Below, piece after piece: positions 1 to 11,176 of a DNA stretch of 64,000 nt. Under the pieces are notes generated by a model, which was given only the letters and a program-made list of their open reading frames with translations, was not told where the DNA came from and ran no database searches. The translations under genes were made by a program, and so were the position numbers. How positions within the stretch are numbered: the stretch's first letter is position 1; each line of letters opens with the position of its first letter. The DNA is taken from assembly GCA_000002445.1 (NCBI GenBank), contig CP000070.1, positions 1,696,001 to 1,760,000 on the forward strand, given 5' to 3'. This DNA comes from Trypanosoma brucei. Taxonomy: Eukaryota.

Positions 1-834
1 TGTAGACGACTTGCTCTGTCGTATGATCTCATTCGCTACAACCCACAGTCCATACGCTGCGCGACTGTTGTTGGGATGGTCATTCAACCGAAGCGACTGC
101 GCGTACTCTACAAGACTGTGCCTGTGATCGCCCGCCATGTAATACAACTCGGCGAGGCGCGTATGAGAGAGATAACAACTACTGCTAAGCAGCATGGCCT
201 CATTGGCATGGTGTAGGGCCTTGGTATAGTTTTCGCACAGGTAGTGCAAGTTTGAAAGCTCACGATACACGCTGAGACAGTTACCGCCGTGCAACTCGAG
301 AAACGTATGTTTCTCATCGTTAACATCCGTGTAGACTAGCTGCTTCTCCAGCACCTCGATAGCCTTGTGATACTTTCCTTCACTCTTGAGCATAGTGGAC
401 AGTCGCTTCACGGGGAAATCATCACTTGGAAAGTCCTTCAGTAACGCGCGATAGTGACCTTCCGCCTCCTCTGCACGACCCTCTGCCTCTAAGCACAGGC
501 CTTCCAGGCGCCGCACGCGTACCGACTGCCTGCCAAATTGCTTTTGAAGCAGCGAGAGGTATTGCCGGCTGGTGTCTACCCTTCCGCAGTCCAGTGCTGC
601 AATGAGAATCTGCTCGTAAATGCAGAAAAGCTCTTGTGAACCAATGCCACTAGTACCGCCAGCGAGCAGGTCAGTTCCTAGCAGAAGGACGACATTTGAG
701 TTTCGCGTTTCCTTTTCTCGGTGCAGCTGGAGGAGCTCGCGCTTCTCCTTCCTGGAGAGTTGTTTAACACCAAGAGGTGTAAGAGACTGCAGCGAGATGT
801 TTGATTCCGCCACGTTGTCGGTTGGCCCTTTCAT
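1..834 (-). CDS. EMC2: Partial CDS whose C-terminus runs off the window start, encoding a TPR-repeat ER membrane protein complex subunit 2 (EMC2/TTC35)-like protein. ATG at 834-832 on the minus strand; about 278 codons are open to position 1.
   Basis: I translated the reverse complement by hand. It reads MKGPTDNVAESN...ELFCIYEQILIAALDCGRVDTSRQYLSLLQKQFGRQSVRVRRLEG...LAELYYMAGD...AAYGLWVVANEI with no stop. The blocks IYEQ-IAALD-GR, RV-RL-G and LAELY match the human EMC2 sequence as I recall it. The ORF is absent from the track only because it has no in-window stop. Confidence 0.6.
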   Translation of the reverse strand, partial: MKGPTDNVAESNISLQSLTPLGVKQLSRKEKRELLQLHREKETRNSNVVLLLGTDLLAGGTSGIGSQELFCIYEQILIAALDCGRVDTSRQYLSLLQKQFGRQSVRVRRLEGLCLEAEGRAEEAEGHYRALLKDFPSDDFPVKRLSTMLKSEGKYHKAIEVLEKQLVYTDVNDEKHTFLELHGGNCLSVYRELSNLHYLCENYTKALHHANEAMLLSSSCYLSHTRLAELYYMAGDHRHSLVEYAQSLRLNDHPNNSRAAYGLWVVANEIIRQSKSST

Positions 835-1446
835 AGCCAACTTTTAATATCGTTCCCTTTTCTTTTTTTGTGCGTGTGTTCCCTTGTTTTCCCTCCCTTG
901 ATGCCGCCGTGGTTGCTTATGCTTTCCCTCTTGTTACTTGTTGTGCTCCCTTCTAGGCCCGATGCCCGCGCTTTTGTACAACAAAAGTGAGGAAAAGACA
1001 AACAGGAGCAGCAAAACGATCAGAACAGAAGAACAATGGGAGAAAACGAAAGAAATTAAGTACGTTGAATCCGTTTCGCTGAATGGTACTCCAGAGAGAT
1101 GAAGACACACGGGCCGCGCAAAAGAACAACAATGTAAACGTAAAAAAAAAGACATGCCCAGTGGAAAGAAAGTGGTGGCCGTGAAAAATTAAGGGAGTAA
1201 ACAAATAAAGGTGGAACCAAAAGCGTAAGAAATATTGGCGCGGAATCCGAGTTAAGAAAGTGGCGGCAGGCTCGGAGAAACATGAAAACTACAACAGAAC
1301 CTATTATGAACGCGGAAACGATAGCAAAATGATAATACCGATAATATTACTACAGAAAACAACACCACGAAAGAGGAATGAGAAAACGAAAACATTGCTC
1401 CCTGCCAACCAACCACCATGTTCAAATATAAATCTCCAGACACGTG

Positions 1447-1472
1447 TATATATATATATATATATATATATA
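1447..1472. repeat. (TA)13 microsatellite. Similar (TA)n runs occur at about 3565-3584, 14462-14481, 15403-15424, 16408-16436, 19523-19544, 25747-25770, 33747-33771 and 60919-60946.
   Basis: Direct reading of the sequence. Confidence 0.9.
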
Positions 1473-1524
1473 CAAATGAACGGAAGGCATGTAGGGGAAC
1501 TAAAAAAGAAACTAATGGCGGTCT

Positions 1525-2787
1525 TCACCGTTTCCGCAGCTTGGGTAGCTTCGTGGCCAATAGTGCCAACTGCCGCGTGACCTCATATGACTTGACAAAC
1601 GACGGAATGGGAAGGAACTCAAACTTCGAGTGGAAGTTGTGTGCTCCTGTAAAGTAATTTGGGGTCACAACACCCCGGGAAGACAAAACAGCTCCATCGG
1701 TCCCGCCACGCATCGGTGTTACTTTTGGCTGCACACCAACGCTGCGCAATGCATCGAACAGAAGGTCCACTGCAGAGCGATCGTCACCCAAAAAGTTGGC
1801 AATGTTGCGGTACTGCTCTGAAATGCTTAGCTCCACAACACCAGTTGGGTAGCGCAGCCGAATGGACTCCGCAACCGAAAGAAGCTGTTGTTTGCGTGCT
1901 TCAAACCTGACTGCATCAAACTCGCGTATTTTGACATCCAATACCGCCTCATTCTGGTTGGCGTATATATCAGAAAACCACCAATAGCCATCACGCCCCG
2001 CCGTGCACTCGGGTGTTTCGTTGCGGTCAAACTGCGCAATGTAATCCATCGCCATGAGTAGCGGATTCACCAGCACACCCTTCGCAGACATGGGGTGAGC
2101 CGTGACGCCAGTGAAAGTGATACGTGCTGCCGCCGCATTAAAGTTCTCATAAACAACTTCACCCAACTCACAGCAATCGATCGTATACGCAAAGTCCACA
2201 TCAAAACGAGCCTTTAGATCGAGATTCTTCGCACCCAAGAGGCCAATCTCCTCATCAGGCACACAACATACAACAATATCACCATGTTCATCGTTCGGCT
2301 GCAACCCTGTGATCATTTCCATGACCGCCGTGATTGCTGCTTTGTCATCCGCCCCAAGCACGCTGGTACCATCGCTAAACAAAATATCCTGTCCAACGTA
2401 GGCCTCAATTTCCGGGTGCTCTGTCACCCGTAACCAAATATCCTTTTCCTTGTTGAGGCAAACGTCACCCCCGTCGTAATGCAGCTTCTGCGCCCGTACA
2501 ACCGGGCTGAGACCAACATCAACTGTGTCGAGATGAACAATGAAACCGATAGTTGGGCAATCCTTCACAGTGCCCCGTTTAATCGCTGTTACTGTGGCGT
2601 GGTTGTCACACAATACATCCTCCAAACCCACATCTCGCAGTTCTCCAGCAATCAGCTCAGCGAGTTCCTGCTGCCCAGGGGATGTCGGTAAGGACTTCCC
2701 TGCAAAGGAGGCGTTGCTTTGACTGCTTATGGCAGAGTATCGCATGAAGCGATTCACAAGCCGCTGCTCAATGGTCTCTGCTGGCAT
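1525..2787 (-). CDS. Peptidase T / tripeptide aminopeptidase (MEROPS M20B family).
   Basis: The 420-aa ORF carries the M20 signatures HLDTV, LGADDKA, PDEEIG, ENFNAA and RGGTDGA and aligns along its whole length with E. coli PepT from memory. Track codon 2793-2791 is TTG, so I moved the start to the first in-frame ATG (2787-2785), giving MPAETIEQ... Confidence 0.85.
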   Translation of the reverse strand: MPAETIEQRLVNRFMRYSAISSQSNASFAGKSLPTSPGQQELAELIAGELRDVGLEDVLCDNHATVTAIKRGTVKDCPTIGFIVHLDTVDVGLSPVVRAQKLHYDGGDVCLNKEKDIWLRVTEHPEIEAYVGQDILFSDGTSVLGADDKAAITAVMEMITGLQPNDEHGDIVVCCVPDEEIGLLGAKNLDLKARFDVDFAYTIDCCELGEVVYENFNAAAARITFTGVTAHPMSAKGVLVNPLLMAMDYIAQFDRNETPECTAGRDGYWWFSDIYANQNEAVLDVKIREFDAVRFEARKQQLLSVAESIRLRYPTGVVELSISEQYRNIANFLGDDRSAVDLLFDALRSVGVQPKVTPMRGGTDGAVLSSRGVVTPNYFTGAHNFHSKFEFLPIPSFVKSYEVTRQLALLATKLPKLRKR

Positions 2788-3270
2788 GGCCAATAATTTC
2801 GGTGGTGGCTCGATTTATCAGAGAGTGAAGATTCCAATATACGTTCTGGCACAGCGGTTGCAACAAAAGAAAGCCAAAACTGTAATATTTATTTTTCCCC
2901 CTTTCTAGAGTGATTTCGCCAAAGACCTCAGAGGAAAGGGAGGGCATATCTGCGAAGTAAGCACACTCCCACACAATCACAAATACACGTATTCAGATTG
3001 TACTTAGAACAAAAACAGCTGAAGATGAAGCAGACGGCAACACAAAGTATACATCTTTGCTTGTTACAAAGCAAAGCGAAGGCATCAGCGATCGAACACA
3101 CGCTTGCGAAGAAAAGCAAGCAGGGGAAACGGGAGTAAAAAAGGCAGTGCAAGTTACACACAGTGAACGCGTCGTGGTGAATCAGCACAAAGTGTCAGGA
3201 AAGGGTTCCTGGTATTTCTTGTGGCCCTTCTCCTCCGCACCTTGTTTCATCTCTAATACTCAAAACAGAC

Positions 3271-3301
3271 AAATGTAATAAATGTAATAAATGTAATAAA
3301 T
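3271..3301. repeat. (AAATGTAAT)x3.4 tandem repeat.
   Basis: Direct reading of the sequence. Confidence 0.85.
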
Positions 3302-3637
3302 GCACGAACCCTCTACAAACATGCCCCCAAATTCTTTCCCCCGGATTCCAACGAGCATTGCCTCTCATTTTTCCCCCTCCTCTCACATGTTGAAGACGCC
3401 CTTGACAGCCCTCAAATTAGCTTCTTTTTTTTTGCTTCCTCCTGTAGTGTATTACATAACTCCTCACCATGATAAAGTAACAATGCCATCATGGTGGAAA
3501 AGATGAAAATTGTACAGTCATCCCTCCATGCTACGGAGACAAAAACACAATCATGTAGAGACGCATATATATATATATATATATGTTTGTATGTTTGTTC
3601 AGACATATGCTTACACACGAGGCTAGACCCAAACCCT

Positions 3638-5560
3638 TTAATACAGGAAGGTCTTCTGTACCGTCTCGATTGCTGATGTTTTGGTGCCACGAAGCCCCTT
3701 TAAGTACTGTACCGTCCTTGGGGGTTGCACGGCGATATCTTGCATTGTCTGCGTTGAGTCGTCTCTGGGCGGCCTACACTGCGTCGCGTTATCCCTCCTG
3801 AAGTGGGAGGCAATCGTTTGGGTTGAGTGAGTCCGCATGTCAAGCAGATTCACAAGTTTCAGCGCCTGCCGCCGTAGATCCCATTCATTCCAACGGTAGT
3901 TGCGGTCAATGTAAGAATCAATCTGGCCGGTCTGCGTGCTAACGGTCTGGCGAGCAGCTAGTGCTTCCTCCTGTTGATGCTCATATCGACGCGTGCCCTC
4001 AATGTACAGCTCACGCGGCAAAAGATCCACCAAACCAAACAACCCAACCATCACCATGTTAGACTTCACTAAGGTCTTTGCGTGGTCAACAAATCGTTGG
4101 GATGAGGCTGCGAACCTTAACAACTTTGAGGCTGTTTGAAATGCGTACCACTCCACCCTCTCGTTATCTACCTCGGAACGCATTACGAATCCCGGGAAAG
4201 CGGGGTCCCTAGAACCTACACGGCCCTCGACACAGAGACCGTCCTCTAGAAGAGTTACAGGGCACATGCCATTCAAAGCACAGACTGCAGAGCGAGCGCG
4301 CAGTGTCTCAGCGTCTCGAGCGTAAAAAACTCTGTCTAATTTGGTGGGTAAAGAGGCAGTTACAATAGATTCGAACCGTGCCTCTGTGGAGCATCGATCC
4401 GCCGGACCGTCCTCTTTTTCAAGGTTGATAGCCTCCTGTAAAAGTGTAGGTGGAAGCGACGAATTTGACACCTTGCCTAGTGAGAGAGAGAGAGTCATCA
4501 GGGCCTTGATATCTTCAAATGATTGAAAACTGCGCTGCGCCTCCTCATACACTTCAGCAAGCTCGATAAACTTGGGGTACACCGTAGCTTTTGAAACATT
4601 CTTCCGTAGAGAAACTCCATCAGAACGCATGGACCTTGTGCCAAGAACGTCTTTAACAGCTTCCAACGCCGCTTCGTATGATGGAAGCAACTCACCAAAT
4701 ATTTGGTTGTTAAGGGTATCTAGCTGTTGCTTGGCCATACGTATGTTTAACAATAACTGAAGTTGTCGGTGATACTCTGCACAGATCGCCTCACGCATCG
4801 ATCCTTCAACAGGCGTTGAGGGGGAGCGCAGCACAGCCACGTACCTGGCGCACGCTGAAATGGCCTCCTCTAGTTCTTTTTCTATATGTTCCCGCAGAGA
4901 TGACATCAGTAACTCTGCTTTATCCCTTGGTGGAGTGATGCCTGTGCCAACACTCTTACCGCAGGCCACGTTATGAAGCCGTATACCCCACACGATGCGA
5001 CGAAGTTCCTGAAGTTGTCGTTTTTTCTCTTCAGGTGGCTGACTCGCAAACGCGGGGACTTGCGATTTGGGGAGCACCGCGGTGAGCACCAACGCCGTCT
5101 CCTTCCGCGCCGGAAGATTCGACTGACTCTCTTCCGCTTGCCCATAACAGTGCAAAATAAAGAATGTCATTTCACCTAGAAGCTCCTCCGGCAAACGCTC
5201 CGAATTATCACACAGAGAGGTAAGGAGCTTCAACGTGACTGTCTCAAACTTCACCCGCTCTTTATGACGCTTGGCCTTCAACTTCGTGGGGAGTGATAGT
5301 GTTCGGCACTGGAGTGAGAGGGTCGCCATCAAATCCTCCGAACAGGTAACGAGAAAATTTGCAACATCTTCCACCATGGTTTCGATTGCTTCCGGCGTCA
5401 TCTCGACATCGCCCTTCGCGTCACGGAAGGGGGAGTTGCGCAACTGCAAGCGCAGGACAAAAGAGGCGAGCTCCGTCGTGAGGGACATGGAAGAACCTCC
5501 AGCCGTCAGTTTGCCAAAACGGCGAACAATCTCCCTTGCAACCACAGGCGTGACGTCCAT
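3638..5560 (-). CDS. Conserved 640-aa protein, tentatively a cilia/flagella-associated protein 206 (CFAP206/FAP206) orthologue.
   Basis: ATG confirmed at 5560-5558. The blocks QLQELRRIVWGIRLHNVACGKSVG and YRWNEWDLRRQALKLVNLLDMRTHS...HFRRDNATQ match what I recall of CFAP206 (QLKEL..IVTGIRLFN..CGKG and YEWNEWELRRKAIKLANL...MRRDNTSQ). GC-rich third-position codon usage is typical of coding sequence here. Confidence 0.5.
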   Translation of the reverse strand: MDVTPVVAREIVRRFGKLTAGGSSMSLTTELASFVLRLQLRNSPFRDAKGDVEMTPEAIETMVEDVANFLVTCSEDLMATLSLQCRTLSLPTKLKAKRHKERVKFETVTLKLLTSLCDNSERLPEELLGEMTFFILHCYGQAEESQSNLPARKETALVLTAVLPKSQVPAFASQPPEEKKRQLQELRRIVWGIRLHNVACGKSVGTGITPPRDKAELLMSSLREHIEKELEEAISACARYVAVLRSPSTPVEGSMREAICAEYHRQLQLLLNIRMAKQQLDTLNNQIFGELLPSYEAALEAVKDVLGTRSMRSDGVSLRKNVSKATVYPKFIELAEVYEEAQRSFQSFEDIKALMTLSLSLGKVSNSSLPPTLLQEAINLEKEDGPADRCSTEARFESIVTASLPTKLDRVFYARDAETLRARSAVCALNGMCPVTLLEDGLCVEGRVGSRDPAFPGFVMRSEVDNERVEWYAFQTASKLLRFAASSQRFVDHAKTLVKSNMVMVGLFGLVDLLPRELYIEGTRRYEHQQEEALAARQTVSTQTGQIDSYIDRNYRWNEWDLRRQALKLVNLLDMRTHSTQTIASHFRRDNATQCRPPRDDSTQTMQDIAVQPPRTVQYLKGLRGTKTSAIETVQKTFLY

Positions 5561-6924
5561 CCTTAATGTTTCTAACCCTGTTGCGTGAAGACGTGGGCGC
5601 CTCTCAAACCTCTAATGTCTGTTTCTCCCCTTGATTTACTCTTTCCTTCCACCGATCCGCCGCAGTGGTAAAAGCTTAACCTCGGCCACACTAAACAACT
5701 CGGTCCTCTACTTCCCTCTTTCGCTCCTTTTTAAAGTCCCCTTCTTGGCCTTCAGAAACCGATAAAACCACCAACCAGTACCTTGCTCGTACAGTGGCGT
5801 GCAGTTTATAAATACGTACGCCCGTACAGCCACGCGTATTCGATTGTGGAAAGTGTACCAGAAGTAAAAATGGGGAAGAAATGAACAGCGTACCGAAGAA
5901 AAGTTCACAAACGCGGAAAACAGCATGTTATGCGCACAGTCATAAAGAAACATATATGCATATATGTAAGCCCCAGACGGAGAGGTGCAAAGGAATGAGG
6001 AAACTTATAATTTCTTTGGAAAGACAACGGAGTGAAGGAACCATATATATATATATATAATACAACAAAAAGAAAAAAGTGGGGCAAAGAGAAAAAGGGA
6101 AACTGGGTAACTCAAGCACGGTGGCACAAGGTGGTGGGGAAAGGCGGTGCACAGGTGGAAAGTATGCTTGTACCATCAATAAAAAGCATATAACAATCCA
6201 AACAACGAAAGGAAACGTTGACATGTGCAGAAGAAAGGGAAGAGCAGGTAACGTGAGGTAATGCTATAAGTACAAACACGGGCAACAGGCGGAAACAAAA
6301 AGATTGGGAAGGAAAGAAAGGTAAGTTGAGGATCGAATGAAGTCCTTAAAAACATTATTACTTCGACCTAACAAACGAAACGCCTCTCCCTTCCACCACC
6401 GCCACCACTCCCCTCTCCAACCTCTCTGACCAGTTGAGACCGCAACTCCCACAATCATCACCGCTAGAGTTTCTCAACACATGCATCCTTCCTTTCAATA
6501 CTCACTAATAGAAACACATTAACACAAATGAATATACATATGCACACACACACACACGCGTGTATGCATGACAACATGTGCAAACCTTTGGTATGAATGA
6601 AACACTAATCATGTCTCTTTCCCTTCCCCCTACCACAACCTCTTTACATATCCTCTTCTTCACTGACATGCGCGATTCCATGTGCAGAAACTCCCTTCCC
6701 TCCTCTTCACCTCTCTTTTTTTCTTTTGCGCATTCCCTACACTTCCGTCGACTGACGATTGTAGGCTACTTTTCCTCGGAACTTTTCTTTTTTTTATTTT
6801 TATTTTTTGCAAAGCTCACATGAAATTTCTAAAAATCGTGAGCCGATACTAATAGTAAACAGTGTGAACATTTCCCTCTCCCCTCTAAATTCCATCGCCA
6901 CATCTCACACCGGAGCAGGAACAC

Positions 6925-6925
<1 letters not shown>

Positions 6926-6967
<42 letters not shown>
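6926..6967. repeat. Compound microsatellite (CA)13 followed by (TA)8.
   Basis: Direct reading of the sequence. Confidence 0.9.
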
Positions 6968-7147
6968 GCAGGGGAATAAGGATGTATGTTACATTTTTGT
7001 GGCGACGCCTTCTCATTTATGCGTTTCTTTGCTTCGTTGGAAGCCGCAATGTTGGACTCTAAAATGCATCAAACGTCACGACTCCATTGTATCATGAACC
7101 TTGTTGTGGTCTCCACATCACCAGTTCATATCCCTATTACTCGCTGG

Positions 7148-9823
7148 TCACCGCGTGCTGGGAATGGTATCCACTTTGAGCATGGGAATCGTTGCCTTAT
7201 CCACCTGTTGTGCCACTAACGACTGTAAGCTCATTTGATGCCAGTAATTAAAGTTGTTCATAAATTCTTCACGAAGTCGATCAAGTTGGGATGTTAATAG
7301 ACTTTGCTCCGTCTTCGCTCGGGTCAGCGCGGTGGTAACATGCCGCAAGTGCAACTTCCTCTCCTCGGGTTTCATATTGATTAATTGCTCTAACTCTGAC
7401 GTGTCTAATGCATCAGTGGGACGTCCGGGGCTGTCGGTAGCCGATGCCATGGCCTCAGCTCCCGTTTCGCCAGCAGTTGTTTCATTAAAAACATGTTGTG
7501 TAGGACTCCCGTTAGGGACAATAAACGGCAAATGACCACCGCCGGGCTCGGCGTTCTCCCTCTTCGGGTCAAAGTTTCCGTACCTTTCCATAACTCCCTG
7601 AACATCCTTAACCTTCTGCCGAAGGCGGTGCATCTCGTCGTTCTTGCGGGCGAGTTTCTCTTGCGCTGAGTTTATGGCCTGAACGTGGCATATGCCCGAT
7701 GGGGTTTGTTTGTATATTTCAAAAGCCGCACGCTTGTCGCGTGTTATACTTTCCAACCGCACTAAAGATTTGCCACCAGGCGCCGGTGAGGAAGGACCGA
7801 CAAAGCCAGCAGTCGGTGCGACGCCAGGCTCAAGCCGGGTTTCAATTGCAGAACCTCGTCCACCATGTGGCCGAGAACGGTCCTTCCCAAGATCCCTTTC
7901 TAACATTGACGCGGACTCCGAGGACGCATTTAATTTGAACCGGTGAGTAGTATTTGAGCCACCGGGAAAATCCGACGCGGCAGCAGATGCACTGGTAACA
8001 GGAGTTAGTGTCCTTCCTGCTGCAGCTGCCGCACCTGAAATGCGCCTGTCGCCGGGGCGCATGGTGGAAGGCATAAATGTATCCCGGGGGCTAGTGATAC
8101 TCTGGTGATGCTGTTGTTGCTGATATGGTAACTGTAATGGTTGTGGTAGTTGTTGCTGCTGCTGCAGCAGTTGCTGTTGCTGAAACATATCTCCTAGAGC
8201 AGTACTGGCCCTTTCCGCTGTACCAACACTCACACCAACATTGGCATCCATGGTACTATTTACATGTCGTGGGGTTTCCTTCGGCTCCTGTGAGCCAGTT
8301 GGTCTGGCGACGTTTTTCGTCCTCTGCTGAGCCCTCTGGGAGCTTGTGGGTGGCGGAGACGCCGACCGTTCCGCGGTACGGAGCTGCGATTCCATATCTA
8401 ACAGCAGCGTCTTGAATACGGAAAAACATGCATACATTTCACGCACGCATGAGACACGTATTTGGGGTATGGATCCCTCCACGTACGCCATCACAATATC
8501 CCGAGCTCCATTAATCTCGTCACTTTCAAGTGGAGCCGTTGGGATCGCCACTCGACCCGCGAACTGATCCTGCATGCGAAGCTCCGACTTGAGACTGTTC
8601 ACCTGCTTCTGCAGTACACGGATTTGGGCCTCAGGGTCTAACGCCACATTCGGGGTGGGATTGGATTCCACACGCATCAAACGCTTAGCAAAGTTCAGGG
8701 TAGCGAGTGTCGCTTCCATATGCTCAGGTTGTGGCCAAACGTTCGCGATAATTGTCGTCATAGTCCCACCCCCCAACGAATCCTTCAGTAGCATCGTCAA
8801 CTTACTTTGTCTAAAAGGGACGTGCCGAGACCGCGCAGACGACACAGCAAGTATCACCTGCTCTAGCATAATGAGCGACCGGTTGATCATGTGGGCTTCC
8901 TGTTTCTCCGCCTCTGTGCTGGTGGCGTGCGTCCTCTCACTTCCGGCAAAATCAACAAAACTCATCCGTGAAACAAGAGTAACTGCATCGCTGTCCAACA
9001 GACTCGTGCTTGTAACATAAACCGTGAGCACAGCGTGTGAACGGGAACTTTCACGGTTGAGTGCATTGGCACCAGTCAGGCGACGCCCAACCCCTTCAGA
9101 GACGGCAGCCACCGCATCCGCCTCCGTTGGGCACTGCCGTTCGTCAACCCCACGAAGCACAACAGTCCCCTCACCGCTAATGGTTACAGTGGCTTTACCA
9201 TCGCCTTTGGAATTGGAGGGCACGTTCGCTACATCATAGTTGGGAGAACCTGTGCGCTGCCTGTTGAAACCGCCATCAACGTTTTTGTCACGGCCGGGCC
9301 GCTTGGTTGCAACTGCCGTCTCCGACGCGGACGGGCCTTTTCCCAACAGGTCAAACACCTGTTCATTGTACACCTCCACAAAAGTTACCTTGACGGTGTA
9401 CCTTCGGTCGGTGGAGGTGCGTATCGCTTCGAAGAGGACCTCAATCGCCCGCTGCACACATCCACGTGTGGAGAAGGTGTCGGTTCCAAACATGGTGTAA
9501 GTTTTCCCCGCCCCGCACTGTCCGTAACAAAGCAGCGTGCAGCTGTAACCCTGTAGTACGGAATCAATCAGATCCGATACAGCGGTATTGTAAACTGACT
9601 CCTGAGATGCGTTATGAAGTACTGCAGCGGCTGAGAAAGTGAGTGTTTCCTCCTTGACAGCAGTTTCAGCTCTATTGATGCCCGCTTTCGTGGCTGTTGG
9701 GCCTCGTGCTCCCACTCCCATCGGTCGGGAAACAGACACAACATTATTGGGTAATATGCGGAAGGCGCTAGCCACCGTATCAGTAGGTTTTGTACGAATA
9801 ATAACACGCACCTGTGACCGCAT
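7148..9823 (-). CDS. Kinesin with an N-terminal motor domain and an internal poly-Gln tract.
   Basis: Motor motifs GQCGAGKTYTM (P-loop), SSRSHAV (switch I) and VDFAGSER (switch II) are present. Track codon 9832-9830 is TTG, so I re-set the start to ATG 9823-9821 (MRSQVRVIIRTKP...). The Q-rich stretch QQQQLLQQQQQLPQPLQLPYQQQQHHQ is encoded by the CTG/TTG-rich plus-strand DNA at about 8100-8190. Confidence 0.85.
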   Translation of the reverse strand: MRSQVRVIIRTKPTDTVASAFRILPNNVVSVSRPMGVGARGPTATKAGINRAETAVKEETLTFSAAAVLHNASQESVYNTAVSDLIDSVLQGYSCTLLCYGQCGAGKTYTMFGTDTFSTRGCVQRAIEVLFEAIRTSTDRRYTVKVTFVEVYNEQVFDLLGKGPSASETAVATKRPGRDKNVDGGFNRQRTGSPNYDVANVPSNSKGDGKATVTISGEGTVVLRGVDERQCPTEADAVAAVSEGVGRRLTGANALNRESSRSHAVLTVYVTSTSLLDSDAVTLVSRMSFVDFAGSERTHATSTEAEKQEAHMINRSLIMLEQVILAVSSARSRHVPFRQSKLTMLLKDSLGGGTMTTIIANVWPQPEHMEATLATLNFAKRLMRVESNPTPNVALDPEAQIRVLQKQVNSLKSELRMQDQFAGRVAIPTAPLESDEINGARDIVMAYVEGSIPQIRVSCVREMYACFSVFKTLLLDMESQLRTAERSASPPPTSSQRAQQRTKNVARPTGSQEPKETPRHVNSTMDANVGVSVGTAERASTALGDMFQQQQLLQQQQQLPQPLQLPYQQQQHHQSITSPRDTFMPSTMRPGDRRISGAAAAAGRTLTPVTSASAAASDFPGGSNTTHRFKLNASSESASMLERDLGKDRSRPHGGRGSAIETRLEPGVAPTAGFVGPSSPAPGGKSLVRLESITRDKRAAFEIYKQTPSGICHVQAINSAQEKLARKNDEMHRLRQKVKDVQGVMERYGNFDPKRENAEPGGGHLPFIVPNGSPTQHVFNETTAGETGAEAMASATDSPGRPTDALDTSELEQLINMKPEERKLHLRHVTTALTRAKTEQSLLTSQLDRLREEFMNNFNYWHQMSLQSLVAQQVDKATIPMLKVDTIPSTR

Positions 9824-11146
9824 AGTAACCAAATTGCTTACTTAACAATACGCCTTTCGCTGTTGCTGCTGCTTTTGTCGTTTTAAATACTTTGATGTCT
9901 TTTAGTCTCGAAACAAATGACGCAGACTTTCACGTATGGTACCCTCAGTCTTACTGGAGCGCACACACTCTTCTTCTTCCTTTCAATGCTTTCGGGTTCC
10001 TTCTTCCCTCTTCGTGGCTTCGCTCTGTATTTAACTGCTTTCTTTTTTTTTCCCCCTTCGCCCTGTTCCTTTGCTTTGTTTTTTTTTTCTTTCTTTCTTT
10101 CTTTCTCCCCTAATGCGCTCCCTCTCCTCCTTGTCGATGCGTCTGCCACTTCCCCACTAAATGGATCAGAGGTGTTAAAAAAAAAAAGTAAATAAATAAA
10201 TAAATGGAAAGTTGATAGGTAAGTAGGGGCAAAGAAGGCAGAATTAATTTTGAGGCTAAGAAACTACCCGTAAAAAGACGGCACAACATAATGTCCCCCA
10301 AAAAAAAAATGCATTGGCAAATCTGAGAAATGGGGCAACTAAAAAGGGATAAAAGGGAGGATGGATGGAGAAAAAAAAAATTCATTAGGTGGGAGAGAGG
10401 GAAATAAATAAACCGCAACGCATTCAGCGCGTTTCTTTTGCGGCTCCTCAGGTCAAATGATATACCCGATATCGGGAATAAGGGGGGGAAATCATTTATT
10501 TATTCATTCATTTGTCGAGGGGGGGTTAGGGAAGAGGGGTTTCACATGCAAATATATACATTAATTAAATTAATTAAATATATATTCATTTATATATACT
10601 TGCACTTCCTCTTCAGTAAAGGAAAAACAAAAATAAAAAAAATAACAATCAAAGGCACTTGCTCCAACTGTGAAAAAAAAAACACAAAAAAACAAAGAAA
10701 AAAGAAAAGAAAGACAAGGGAAATGGCAGGTGTAAAAAACACAAGTGACGAGAAAATACGGAAGTAGAGAAAGAGAAGGGAAGGTTAAAGATAGTCACAA
10801 CACGAGCGTTTACGCCACAACACACCCGCTGTCAAATACATAAAACAAAACAAAACACAGCGACAAAAAAGAAAACTAAATCATTCCAAAGGTAGGTAAT
10901 TAATTTTAAAGTAAAATAATAATAATTATTATTATTATTAACTACAAATAAATTAAAATAATTAGCGGATCAATGGCAACATCAACACAAAAAGAAAAAT
11001 AATTAAAACTAATTTACCCTCATCCTCACCCTTCATACTCTCAGTTTCGCATGTGAATGGAGACGGTACTGAAATTTTGCTTTGCAGTGTCCAGCCGTCA
11101 CATCCCTCACACATTTCCAATATCAAATTTTACATTCCCCTTTCCT

Positions 11147-11176
11147 GTTTTGTTTTGTTTTGTTTTGTTTTGTTTT
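11147..11176. repeat. (TGTTT)6 pentanucleotide repeat in an AT-rich inter-CDS region.
   Basis: Direct reading of the sequence. Confidence 0.85.

Noticed and set aside
4340-4410. tRNA T-loop-like motif (minus-strand GGTTCGAATCT) inside the 3638..5560 CDS.
   Set aside because: The flanking sequence does not form a T-stem or acceptor stem, and there are no D-arm or box A equivalents. It lies within a well-supported CDS, so I take it as a chance match.
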